A stretch of 32,298 bases of DNA from assembly GCA_041599855.1 (NCBI GenBank), contig JBFILE010000003.1, forward strand, positions 1-32,298, given 5' to 3'. Shown piece by piece: positions 9,689 to 18,355 of the stretch. The position numbers were made by a program, and so were the translations under genes. Position 1 is the stretch's first letter, and every line of letters starts with the position of its first letter. This DNA is from Thermoplasmatota archaeon. Lineage in GTDB: Archaea > Thermoplasmatota > SW-10-69-26 > JACQPN01 > JAJPHT01. The notes beneath the pieces were generated by a model that saw only the letters and a list, made by a program, of their open reading frames with translations, made no database searches and had not been told where the DNA came from.

Positions 9689-10335
9689 CAGATCATCCCC
9701 GGGAATCCAGTGGAGCTACCGGCGCCGGGCGACTGCGGCTGCGACCCACCCCCGAACAGGCTGCCCCACGGAATCTGCCCCAAGAGACTCCCGAGTTCCG
9801 CACCCGCCACCCCGAAGCTGTTGAAGTCCGGGCTGTCCAGCCCCGCGTACGGGCTCCACCCGCGCAACGCGACACCCTGCGGCATCATCCCCGCCCGTAG
9901 GTTCGCCAACGCCCCACCACCCGCCAGCCGGGTAGTGGACCGCAGCCGCGCGATCTGCTCCGCCAGCGACCCGAGATCCCGGTTCGTCATGCTCGCGATC
10001 TGGTTCGAGGACTGCGCCGCCGCCGTCGTGTTGTACAGCCCCGTGTTCATCAGGTGCTGGGTGTTGGAGCCCTGCTGCGCCTTCCCCCGCCCCAGGATGT
10101 CCAGCTTCGCGGTTTGCCCCACGCCCTGGATGTCCTGCAAGGCCATGCGGTACGCCTCGGACATGTCGGCCAGGGCCTGACCGGACTGGTTCTTGTAGAA
10201 CCGCAGCGCACTCTTCCGGGCGCGCTCGTTCGCGGCTTTCACGCGAGATGCGTAGTCGCTCTTTTTCTTGGACCCGTAGAGACCGCCAGCGATGCCTCCG
10301 ATGGCGCCAATGGCGCTACCAATGCCGAGGGGCAT
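9688..10335 (-). CDS. Putative DNA pilot/ejection protein (P22 gp7-like position)
   Basis: 215 aa with Gly/Ala-rich hydrophobic N-terminus (GIGSAIGAIGGIAGGLYG) followed by a basic patch and Q/A-rich helices, as is typical of small ejection proteins. Confidence 0.65.
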   Translation of the reverse strand: MPLGIGSAIGAIGGIAGGLYGSKKKSDYASRVKAANERARKSALRFYKNQSGQALADMSEAYRMALQDIQGVGQTAKLDILGRGKAQQGSNTQHLMNTGLYNTTAAAQSSNQIASMTNRDLGSLAEQIARLRSTTRLAGGGALANLRAGMMPQGVALRGWSPYAGLDSPDFNSFGVAGAELGSLLGQIPWGSLFGGGSQPQSPGAGSSTGFPGMI

Positions 10336-10682
10336 TAATCCACCTCCATGCTTCCGGCCTCTCGCAAGGCCGCCATGAGTTCGTTGATCTTGTCTATCAC
10401 GTCTGCCGTTGGCGCCAGCGGGGGAAGGTCTGTGACGGACTGCGCCGCCCGCAACACCTTACCGCTCACCAACTCGATCTGTAGCCGCTGCTCCGGACCC
10501 ACCCGGAACTGGCGCGGGTCGAACGCCTGGTCCGCCTGCTCCGCGGTCTGCGGCTGCCTGCGATGACGAGGGTCCCCCAACCCGAGCGTCGCGCTGCGCC
10601 GGCTCTCTCCGGACTGCCCCGCACCTCGCAACCGACGCTGGCGCTCCGCAAGGGTCGGGGGACTGGATCGCTTCTCCGTCAT
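10335..10682 (-). CDS. Small virion protein with fibre-type trimerisation motif
   Basis: Start reassigned to ATG 10682 (ATGA overlap with the nozzle stop), 115 aa. C-terminal AAQSVTDL...VIDKINELMAALREAG resembles the head-fibre/needle trimer motif. Confidence 0.55.
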   Translation of the reverse strand: MTEKRSSPPTLAERQRRLRGAGQSGESRRSATLGLGDPRHRRQPQTAEQADQAFDPRQFRVGPEQRLQIELVSGKVLRAAQSVTDLPPLAPTADVIDKINELMAALREAGSMEVD

Positions 10683-13456
10683 CTCGGACCCTTCCTTCCA
10701 GCGGCCCACACGCGCACGCTCGCTTCCTCGTACGAGAAACTCTCCAGCGCGTTCGCGTTGCGCAGACGCAGGTAGCACGTGTCACCGGACCACCCCGCCA
10801 ACTCCGCAGGGTTGCGCCCCGCCGACAGCCGGCCGACCCGGAACGGAGCGGACAGCGGGTCGTCCGGCTCGGAACCCACGTACACCTCGTACGTGCAGCC
10901 GTGCTCATCGCTCGCGAGAACCGCCGTCAGCTCGTCGTATCCGGACTCCAACCCGCCGGCCGGCGGCACCGGGGCGATCGGCCCGATGGCGAAGTGGGCG
11001 TCGATCGCCGCCCCGTCGTCGTCCACCGCGTCCTCGTTCCACTCCCGCACGTACCCGTCGTTCCCGCCAACCAGGATGGTGCGGTCGTTCGCCGCGTCCC
11101 CATCGAACAGCACCACGGCGGTCGGCTGAGTGGTCGTCCCGCCGCCGTACTCGTCCTCCCACCACGAGCCCGTCTTGCGGTGCCAGAACCAGTGCTGCTT
11201 CACCGAGACCGTCCCGTACGGGATCTGGAACACGTGCAGCCCATCGTCCCGGTGGTTCCACACGAGCCGCATGTGATGCGTCGCCAGGTTCACGTCCTGG
11301 AACTTGCGCTGCAACCGATTGTCCGAGAGTGCCTCGGGCATCTGCGAACCAGGAGCCCAGCGCGCCACCCCGCCCCGGCTCTCGAAGAAGTACAGCACCC
11401 CGCGCGTGTCCTTGCACCACGGCTGACCGAACGACATGCCGAAGTCGTCCGTCACGAAGTCCATGCTCCCGCCCTGCATCGGGTCGCCAGTTAGCCGCCA
11501 GATGCTCTTGTCGCACCCGAACAGGAGAAGGTCATCCGCGTACGGGATCATCGTGTTCACGATGTCCGGCACCAGCCCCGCCTTCGCGTTGTTCCCGCTG
11601 ATGGCTTGCGTGGCCGCTGGAAACGCGGGAAAGTTGTTCCAGTCGTGCGGGTTGGCTACCGCGCTCATGTGCCAGTTCTGCGGGTCCTCCGGGTCGCGAG
11701 CTATCACGATCCGCCCCCGCCACGTCGTGATGAGCCTGCACCTCGGAGGGATCGTCCCTTGGGTCTTCGAGCGCCAGATCACCACGGCATCGTCGTCGAT
11801 GTCGTAGTAGCGGTAGTTGATCCCGTCCGTGAAGTACACGCGCTGAAAGAGACTCGCGACTCCGACGTATGGTGCGCCGGAGTCGAGAGCCCCGACGCCT
11901 GTACCCCCCCCGGGATCAGCAGGCGCCGTTCCGCCGCGCGTGAACGTGACGATGTTCCCGTTCGACACACCCACCATGCTCGTGGTGCGCAGGCCCGTGC
12001 CGGACTGAGTGGCGTTCACCCCGCGGATGTACGTGGCCACGATGTTCGCCGCCGTGACCTTCGCGTGTCCGAGGTACACGTACTCCACCACGTCCACCGC
12101 AGAGGCCCCGTACTCAGGCTTCGGAGACACGGGGATCCCGACGCACTTCGGCCCGAAGTCCGGCGTGCCCTGGTCGTACTGCCACACCTCCGTGCCGGCC
12201 GCCGCCGCGAACGCGATCACCTGGGGCTGGCCCGATGAGGCACCACCGTTCCAGGGCAGGTAGAGGTTGAAGTCCTCGTCCACCGCCATCTGGATCGGCG
12301 CCTCCTCGTTGATGTTGATGGCGGACACCGGGCTCGGGTCCACCGCCCACGTCCCCGCCGCCACCTTGGATACCGTGCGCCCCTCGTCCAACAGCCGCCG
12401 CACCTCGATCGCCGGCTCCGCAGTCACGGTCCCGCAGGAGTACACCCACTGCCCGTCGTTCGTCTTCTCCCCCAGAGCCAGGCCCATCCCGATCCCGCTC
12501 GTGGTCGCCTGTGTCAGCTCCCACACAGGAGCGGTCCCCACGTTCTGCGGGCTCCACTTCGAGATCCACTGTACGCTCGCGTAGTCGTCCCCGCACACGT
12601 ACAGGATCCCGTCATCCCGCACCGCCATCGCCCGCGGGAAGGCGTCCAGGCCGTTCGCACCGTTGATCGCCGTGATGGTCGCCACCGGGGCCGCGTCCAT
12701 CGTCACGTCCTGGTACACGAACACCGCGTGCCCGCCGTTGATCCCCTCGCGGTCCACATACGCGACGTACAGGTCACCGTTCTTCCAGACCAGCGCCTCC
12801 ACGTAACGCTGGCTCGTGCCGTTGTCCTCAAGTTCCCAGGCCAACTCATACTCCTCGTCGAACCCGATGCGGAAGGCCCACACTCGAGACAACTCCTGGA
12901 GCGCCGTCGTGGAGGAAGCGTGCCGTTCGTGCGGGTCGCCGGCCCCGATGAACACGTTGCCCAGGTCGTCCACCGCCATGGACCGCAGGTACGCCTCGTT
13001 CGATCCATCCCCCGCGGGGAGGTCGATGGGCGCCTGCATCGTCGCCAGGATCTCACCGTCCTGGTTCGTCTTGATGACGCCGAAAAGCGCGTCCAAGAGG
13101 TAGATGTTACCGAACACGTCCACCTCCACCCTCGTGACACGCGAGCTGGTCCCCGTGCCCTTGGTGGCGATCTGCGCCCACGCATCCGTGCCGATCCCGC
13201 TCGTGTCCTCCGCGAACGAGAGCAGCGTGTTCGGCGTCACGATCGGCGCCAGCGCCTGCACCTTGTTCGCGCCGCTCAACTGGTTCGTGTTCCAGCGCGT
13301 GAACCCCGACCGCTGCGACCCCATCACCCGCCCGTTGCGGCGGTTCACCGGGCGCATGTTCTTCACCGACCGACTCGTCCCCGGCTCCTGCAAGGAGAAT
13401 TGGTAGTTCTCGCTCAGGCCACCGAACGGGAACGGTAGGTCCAGCCGGTCAACCAT
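10679..13456 (-). CDS. Tail nozzle/tubular protein B (P22 gp10 or T7 gp12-like beta-propeller) with inserted propeller
   Basis: N-terminal FPFGGL...KNMRP...QRSG and later ITTWRGRIVIA, WHMSAVANPHDW, DDLLLFGCDKSIWRLTG motifs; lies directly after the adaptor. Confidence 0.75.
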   Translation of the reverse strand: MVDRLDLPFPFGGLSENYQFSLQEPGTSRSVKNMRPVNRRNGRVMGSQRSGFTRWNTNQLSGANKVQALAPIVTPNTLLSFAEDTSGIGTDAWAQIATKGTGTSSRVTRVEVDVFGNIYLLDALFGVIKTNQDGEILATMQAPIDLPAGDGSNEAYLRSMAVDDLGNVFIGAGDPHERHASSTTALQELSRVWAFRIGFDEEYELAWELEDNGTSQRYVEALVWKNGDLYVAYVDREGINGGHAVFVYQDVTMDAAPVATITAINGANGLDAFPRAMAVRDDGILYVCGDDYASVQWISKWSPQNVGTAPVWELTQATTSGIGMGLALGEKTNDGQWVYSCGTVTAEPAIEVRRLLDEGRTVSKVAAGTWAVDPSPVSAININEEAPIQMAVDEDFNLYLPWNGGASSGQPQVIAFAAAAGTEVWQYDQGTPDFGPKCVGIPVSPKPEYGASAVDVVEYVYLGHAKVTAANIVATYIRGVNATQSGTGLRTTSMVGVSNGNIVTFTRGGTAPADPGGGTGVGALDSGAPYVGVASLFQRVYFTDGINYRYYDIDDDAVVIWRSKTQGTIPPRCRLITTWRGRIVIARDPEDPQNWHMSAVANPHDWNNFPAFPAATQAISGNNAKAGLVPDIVNTMIPYADDLLLFGCDKSIWRLTGDPMQGGSMDFVTDDFGMSFGQPWCKDTRGVLYFFESRGGVARWAPGSQMPEALSDNRLQRKFQDVNLATHHMRLVWNHRDDGLHVFQIPYGTVSVKQHWFWHRKTGSWWEDEYGGGTTTQPTAVVLFDGDAANDRTILVGGNDGYVREWNEDAVDDDGAAIDAHFAIGPIAPVPPAGGLESGYDELTAVLASDEHGCTYEVYVGSEPDDPLSAPFRVGRLSAGRNPAELAGWSGDTCYLRLRNANALESFSYEEASVRVWAAGRKGPR

Positions 13457-14610
13457 CAGACCGGATCCGCCACTGTCCCGAAGTTCCAGAAGGGGTCAGA
13501 GCTTCCGTGCGAGGCCGCAGCGCCATTACGGATCACGCCGTAGCGCGGCTGGATCTGGTCGTCCCGCATGCGCTTGTTGGCGAACTCCTTGCTGCGCCAT
13601 ATCTCCTCCAGAAGCCTCGGCACAGCCCCGGTGGAGTCCTCCATCTGGTAGCCGCGCGCGTAGGCCCGCACCGCTTGCAGGTACAGCCCCTCCAGCCACT
13701 CGGGGATGTCCACGTAGTCCGAGTCGTCGTCCAGCCGGTTCCACCCCCGCCGGTAGTAGATGCGGATGGCGGCAGGGTCGTCGGCCAGCGGAGTCGTCCA
13801 CAGGTCGATGCGAGCCCGCGGCGCACCACCGTCCAGCCCTCCGTACAGCCGCGACGCCGAGGTCAGCGCGGTCACGTCCAGGATCCCGTCCAGGTCGCTC
13901 ACCCGCGCGCTGTTCCCTTCCACGCCTGGAACCGTGTGCGAGAGGTCCACCCCCAGCGTCGTGGTCGTGGACTCCGTGGCGAACAGGTCCAGGTCCGGGG
14001 CCGCGTTGATCGCGTCCACGAGGTTGGTCAGCGTGTCGCCAGCCGCCGTACCGATGAGGACTTGCCGGTCGTCCGCCAACTCCGTCGCCGGGTCCAGCGT
14101 CGTCTTGAACGTGAACCGCGTGCCCGGCCTGCCCGTGACGATCGCCGATCCCGTCCACGTGTTGTCCGGGTTGTGCTGCCCGTCCTCGATCGCGATGACT
14201 TCGCCGTCCGCCGGGTTGGTCCCGTCCAGCGCGAAGGTGCCTCGAGCCGCGCTCGCCACGCTGCTATGGACGATCACACCCCAGTAGCGCCACGTGCTCA
14301 CGCTCACGCTCGACGTGGAGATGTCCACCAGCCCCTGGGTCGTCCCCAGCGACAACCGGCGCACCAGGCTCTGGCGCATCTCGTACGCGGTCAGGGAGGA
14401 GAAGTCCTTGGGCAACCACGCATGCGCCACGTTGGCCTGGAACGCCACGTCCGCGTGCGCGCCCTCGCACCACTTCCAGGTGTGGGCGTCCACCAGGGAG
14501 TGCCCCGCCTGGTTCAGGAGTGAGATGCCGGGGATCTCGCCGATGTTCGATCCAGCCGAACGCAGCGTGTGCTTGATGTGCGCAAGCGCGGTGTCAACCG
14601 GGAGGACCAT
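13456..14610 (-). CDS. Head-tail adaptor (tubular protein A-like) with inserted domain
   Basis: LLNQAG...HTWKW, LPKDF, IDLWTTP...IYY...LDDDSDYVDIPEW motifs of phage adaptors; follows the capsid genes. Confidence 0.7.
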   Translation of the reverse strand: MVLPVDTALAHIKHTLRSAGSNIGEIPGISLLNQAGHSLVDAHTWKWCEGAHADVAFQANVAHAWLPKDFSSLTAYEMRQSLVRRLSLGTTQGLVDISTSSVSVSTWRYWGVIVHSSVASAARGTFALDGTNPADGEVIAIEDGQHNPDNTWTGSAIVTGRPGTRFTFKTTLDPATELADDRQVLIGTAAGDTLTNLVDAINAAPDLDLFATESTTTTLGVDLSHTVPGVEGNSARVSDLDGILDVTALTSASRLYGGLDGGAPRARIDLWTTPLADDPAAIRIYYRRGWNRLDDDSDYVDIPEWLEGLYLQAVRAYARGYQMEDSTGAVPRLLEEIWRSKEFANKRMRDDQIQPRYGVIRNGAAASHGSSDPFWNFGTVADPV

Positions 14611-14627
14611 AGGCGGTGTAGGTAGGT

Positions 14628-14658
14628 GGCGGGACGCCCTGAGCCGAGGCGCCCCGCC
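14628..14658 (-). terminator. GC-rich hairpin after the capsid/decoration genes (terminator or attenuator-like, no U-tract)
   Basis: Minus strand reads GGCGGGGCGCC-TCGGCTCAG-GGCGTCCCGCC: an 11-bp stem with one G-U pair, in the 59-nt gap between head and tail genes. Confidence 0.6.
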
Positions 14659-14669
14659 GGATCACGAGA

Positions 14670-15368
14670 TCAGAGGCTGCGTTCGGCCCACGCACCGACG
14701 AAGTCGATGTCGAAGTCCGAGGACGCGGTTGTCAGCGACTCGGCCTGCATCGTGAGGCCGAGCACAGTCGCGGGAGTGTTGGTGGGCGTGATGGTCTTGT
14801 AGAGCACGCCGTTGACGAAGAATTGAACCTTGGTCCCCGTCCACTCGAACGCCATCTCGTACCACGTGCCGGCCACGAGCGTCACGCCCAGGAGCCCGGT
14901 GAGGTGCGAACTACCGTCGTCATTGACGTGGTAGCGCAGGTTGCCGTCCCCTTGATGCGAGAACCCCATGACGATGCTGGTGGCCACGTTGTTGTAGAGG
15001 TCGCCCGAGGCGTCCACATTGGACATGCCCCAGATCTCACCCTGCACGATGGTCTCCAGGCTGACACGGGAGCGGTACTTGATCTTCTGTCCTGCGGCCC
15101 ACGGGAAACTCTGTACCGGCAGAGCCACGATGGGCGACTGCGCCGCCACCGTCCCTCCGTCCAGTTCGAGGATCCCGTTCGCCTGTGAGACGAAGTTGAT
15201 GGTTCCGGAGTTCGCCGTCAGGTCCCAGACCGCGCCCTGCTGCGCGGCACTCTCCAGGACGAGCGAGGAGCCAACGAAGTCGTCGAAAAACGCCACCGGC
15301 ATGGTCCCGATCTCCTCGCCTGCGCGAGTCGTCGGGCCAAGGGGGAAGTTGAATCCAAGGATACCCAT
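14670..15368 (-). CDS. Capsid decoration/minor capsid protein, concanavalin-like beta-sandwich
   Basis: Immediately after the MCP with an AAGGGGG SD; FFDDF...GTWYEMAFEW...VQFFVNG...DIDFV pattern. Confidence 0.65.
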   Translation of the reverse strand: MGILGFNFPLGPTTRAGEEIGTMPVAFFDDFVGSSLVLESAAQQGAVWDLTANSGTINFVSQANGILELDGGTVAAQSPIVALPVQSFPWAAGQKIKYRSRVSLETIVQGEIWGMSNVDASGDLYNNVATSIVMGFSHQGDGNLRYHVNDDGSSHLTGLLGVTLVAGTWYEMAFEWTGTKVQFFVNGVLYKTITPTNTPATVLGLTMQAESLTTASSDFDIDFVGAWAERSL

Positions 15369-15385
15369 GTGATGTGACCCCCTTT

Positions 15386-16570
15386 CTAGGCGGTGTATAC
15401 GTCGCCGGACGGGGAAACGATGCCGTGTCGCTGGAGCGAGCGCGGCGCGAGGTTGTACCAGGAGTCCACCGGGCAGATGCTGGTGAACGGCTGGTTCGGG
15501 TGCTCACGGATCTTGTGCTTCTTCATGTACCGGCGCGTGTGCCAGATCGGACGCAGGTACATGCCGTTGAGCCAGTAGTAGCGCGGACCCTTGTCGTCGG
15601 CGTTGGCCGACATCTCGGACTGGTACGCGCTCGTCGCCACGGTGTGGCGGTACAGCGCCGCCGTGTCGAGCTGGTCCACGTACTCCAGGTCGATGCCCGC
15701 GTACTGCGGCTTCTGGTAGGCCGCGTCCTGACGACTGGTCGTGACCAGCGTGTCCTGACTCGCCCGCATGAGCCGTGTGTACTGCACCTGACCGCGCTTG
15801 GAGCACGCGATGAACTGCGCGTACAGCTCGCCGTTCTCGAAGTACTCCTGTTTGGTCGGAGGCGCGACGAAACGCGTGTCCAGCCACATCGTGTCGAACG
15901 CGCCCAGGATGTTGGTGTCGTCGGTCGGGAGCGTGGTGCTGTACGTTCCGGTCTGCGGCTTCCACCACGTGTCCGCCGTCGGGTCGATGCCCGCCTTGGT
16001 CGTCCACGCAGTCTTCGTGTCCGGCACCGCGCCCTTGTAGAAGAGGCCGTCCTCGTTCTCGTTCACGAACGCCGGGATGGAGTAGGGCTGCTTGCCGCCC
16101 GCCGCCTCCATGTTCGCCACCTCGGGCACGGCGAACAGGTGCGTCTCCTTCTTGTTGATCATCGAAGTCCACATCCTCTGTTCGAGGGTGTACTTCTTGC
16201 GCTTGTACATCTGGTGGCGTGCGCCCTTGCCCAGGCCGCCAGCGTTCAGCTCGATGTCCTGGTCGGTCCAGCTCATGTGGTCCGCGAGGAACCGCCACTG
16301 GATCTCCCACTCCGTCAGGAACTGGGGCTGCTCCCAGGTGAAGGTCTCGTTCGGGTTGTAGAACAGCGCCGTGGGCTGCTCATCACCCATGATGACGTCC
16401 TTGATGGTCGAGCCACCTTGGACAAGATCCTGCGGGCCGTGGCCCTTCAGGAATCGACGAAGCAGATAGTTCCGCTTCTGCGCCTCGTTCACGACCATCT
16501 CGGCGCTCGTCAGGTACGACGGGCCGGTGATCTTGATGAGGTCTGAGAAAGTACTTACAGCAGAGGCCAA
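15386..16570 (-). CDS. Major capsid protein
   Basis: 394 aa after the scaffold gene; TTG start with GGAGA SD; VQGGSTI, WRF and C-terminal NLAPRSLQRHGIV patterns fit HK97-fold capsids. Confidence 0.85.
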   Translation of the reverse strand: MASAVSTFSDLIKITGPSYLTSAEMVVNEAQKRNYLLRRFLKGHGPQDLVQGGSTIKDVIMGDEQPTALFYNPNETFTWEQPQFLTEWEIQWRFLADHMSWTDQDIELNAGGLGKGARHQMYKRKKYTLEQRMWTSMINKKETHLFAVPEVANMEAAGGKQPYSIPAFVNENEDGLFYKGAVPDTKTAWTTKAGIDPTADTWWKPQTGTYSTTLPTDDTNILGAFDTMWLDTRFVAPPTKQEYFENGELYAQFIACSKRGQVQYTRLMRASQDTLVTTSRQDAAYQKPQYAGIDLEYVDQLDTAALYRHTVATSAYQSEMSANADDKGPRYYWLNGMYLRPIWHTRRYMKKHKIREHPNQPFTSICPVDSWYNLAPRSLQRHGIVSPSGDVYTA

Positions 16571-16574
16571 CTTG

Positions 16575-16594
16575 GTTCTCCGTTATCGGGGAAC
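16575..16594 (-). promoter_or_regulatory. Hairpin overlapping the major capsid Shine-Dalgarno
   Basis: mRNA GUUCCCCG-AUAA-CGGAGAAC pairs at 7 of 8 positions; the GGAGA SD lies in the 3' arm. Confidence 0.45.
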
Positions 16595-16613
16595 GCAGCC
16601 GGCCGGGGGCTCC

Positions 16614-17624
16614 CTACGCCTCTCGCATCAGCCGCTCCGCTTCGGCGGTCTTGCCCTGTTCGATGAGGTCGATAGCTAGATCCTCACGCTCCTCCGCTGA
16701 CATCTCGCGCTTCTTGGGCGGACTGGATGCGGGACTCGGGCTCGCGCTCCGGGCCTTCCTGCGCTCCAGATCCTTGCGTGCTTGTGCCGCCTCTTCGCGC
16801 AAGCGCGGGGCCTCCAAGACTTCACACGCCGCAGCCATCAACTCGGTTGCGTCCGTGTAGGAGCCGTCCTTGTTCAACGTCTCCATCTTCTTGACCACGC
16901 CCTTGTACGCTTCCGCGTCACCCAAGAGCTGCGGGAAACGCTCCCGCAACTCCGACCGCGCGAGCCCCTGTTCCATCCGCACCAACCGCTCCTGCTGCTG
17001 GTCGATGACCTGCACCAGGGGGCTGATGACGTTGGCGGTGTACTCGTCCACGGCCTTGCGATCGTCACCCTCGAGCCCCAGCACATCTGCGAAAGGGGAG
17101 GACAATTCGGTCAACCAAGAGGGGGAGCCAGGGGCCTCTGCTGTGGAGCCCGGCGCCTCTGTTGATCCGTCGTCCGTCTTCTTGAGCTTCTGGAACTCTC
17201 GTTCACGATCGCGCCGCTCGTTGTCCACCCGGTGGGCAAGACTGAGCAACTCCACATCGGTCAGCTTGTCGATGACCGAATCCGGGTACTTCGCCCGGGA
17301 CAGCACCTGACGCGCCTCCACGATCGCTGGATCGGGAGGGGGAGCATCCTCGGCGCTGTGTTCTTCTCCAGGAGCGTCTCCCTCGTCCGCTCCTGCGTCC
17401 TCGGCGCTCTCCGCGGCGTCAGAGGCGTCCTCCGCCTCCTCGCCAGCAGGCGCGCTCCCAGGGGCCTCCTCGTCGTCGTCGCCGTACCCGTCGTCCATCT
17501 GGGCGAGCGCGGCGTCCACGTCCATCCCAACAGGGTCGTCGTCCTCCGGCAACGGGACGATCTCGACCTTGCGTTCGGGCGCTTTCGGGGCTTCCGAAGC
17601 CGGCTCAGTCTTCACTTCGGGCAT
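16614..17624 (-). CDS. Capsid scaffolding protein
   Basis: 336 aa with a very acidic disordered N-terminus, helical core and short C-terminal helix; directly upstream of the MCP; GGAGG SD. Confidence 0.75.
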   Translation of the reverse strand: MPEVKTEPASEAPKAPERKVEIVPLPEDDDPVGMDVDAALAQMDDGYGDDDEEAPGSAPAGEEAEDASDAAESAEDAGADEGDAPGEEHSAEDAPPPDPAIVEARQVLSRAKYPDSVIDKLTDVELLSLAHRVDNERRDREREFQKLKKTDDGSTEAPGSTAEAPGSPSWLTELSSPFADVLGLEGDDRKAVDEYTANVISPLVQVIDQQQERLVRMEQGLARSELRERFPQLLGDAEAYKGVVKKMETLNKDGSYTDATELMAAACEVLEAPRLREEAAQARKDLERRKARSASPSPASSPPKKREMSAEEREDLAIDLIEQGKTAEAERLMREA

Positions 17625-17826
17625 ACGAGGGCCTCCCTTGTGCCTCTATCTTGCGCTTCCAGGCCGCGTGCGCACGCACCAGCCACGCCCCAGCCGTCTC
17701 GTTCAGACCCGGCGGAGGCATAGATGCGCCGGTCGATCCGCAGCTTGAGCAATACACCTGTTGGTGCTGGAGCCGAACCGTTTTCTCGCCACAGGAAGGG
17801 CACGTGATGTCCCGCCAGTCACTCAC
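17605..17826 (-). CDS. Zinc-ribbon protein, Lar (restriction alleviation)-like pattern
   Basis: CPSCG...VYCSSCGSTG...AAWKRK matches the CPxCG/CxxCG/AWN-R layout. Confidence 0.55.
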   Translation of the reverse strand: MSDWRDITCPSCGEKTVRLQHQQVYCSSCGSTGASMPPPGLNETAGAWLVRAHAAWKRKIEAQGRPSYARSED

Positions 17827-18178
17827 CCTCGCCCTCCGGCAGCGGCAGCTCGCCGTAGCTCAGGGTGCAGTCCGTCTCCCCGTTGTGCCGCGCGATCGCC
17901 TCGTTCAGCTCGCGCCGGCTGGAGAACCGCGGAGCGCCCTTGAGCTTCCCCTCCGTCACGTAGTCCTTGGCCAACGGCTTCCCGTTCGCGCGCCAGTTCC
18001 TCGGCAGCGACCGGCTCACGAAGTGGATGTCCTTGGCCACGGTGCCAAGCCTCGGGAACTCCGCGCTCACGTCGCACGGGCCCTTGGTCCGCACATCCTC
18101 GGTCGGCGCCTGCATCCCGGGCAACTTGCCCTCGCGCCACAGCCGCAGGCCCTCGTTCACGCTCAGGGGCTCGTCCAT
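17819..18178 (-). CDS. Hypothetical phage protein (portal-scaffold interval)
   Basis: 119 aa, overlaps both neighbours, GAGGAGG SD upstream. Confidence 0.65.
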   Translation of the reverse strand: MDEPLSVNEGLRLWREGKLPGMQAPTEDVRTKGPCDVSAEFPRLGTVAKDIHFVSRSLPRNWRANGKPLAKDYVTEGKLKGAPRFSSRRELNEAIARHNGETDCTLSYGELPLPEGEGE

Positions 18179-18354
18179 GTCTCGTCCTCCTCTTCGTCCT
18201 CAGCGGTGCAGCGCGCGTTGTGGACGTGCTCTAGGTAGTCCGCCTTCACGCACTCCAGCGCGCCCACGATCTCGTACGCCACGAGCCTGCTGGAAGCCCG
18301 CGACACACACTCCTGTAGCTCCTCGATCAACTGCTGCGTGCTCGTGCGCGCCAT
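18163..18354 (-). CDS. Small hypothetical protein with acidic tail
   Basis: 63 aa; ATG 1 nt after the portal stop. Confidence 0.55.
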   Translation of the reverse strand: MARTSTQQLIEELQECVSRASSRLVAYEIVGALECVKADYLEHVHNARCTAEDEEEDETWTSP

Positions 18355-18355
18355 G

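Noticed and set aside
14670-16613. Stop-codon readthrough fusing scaffold to capsid or capsid to decoration protein
   Set aside because: The gaps of 43 and 17 nt are out of frame, no slippery heptamer was seen, and each downstream gene has its own SD.
17120-17170. GSTEAPGSTAEAPGS repeat in the scaffold
   Set aside because: An ordinary short duplication in a disordered linker.
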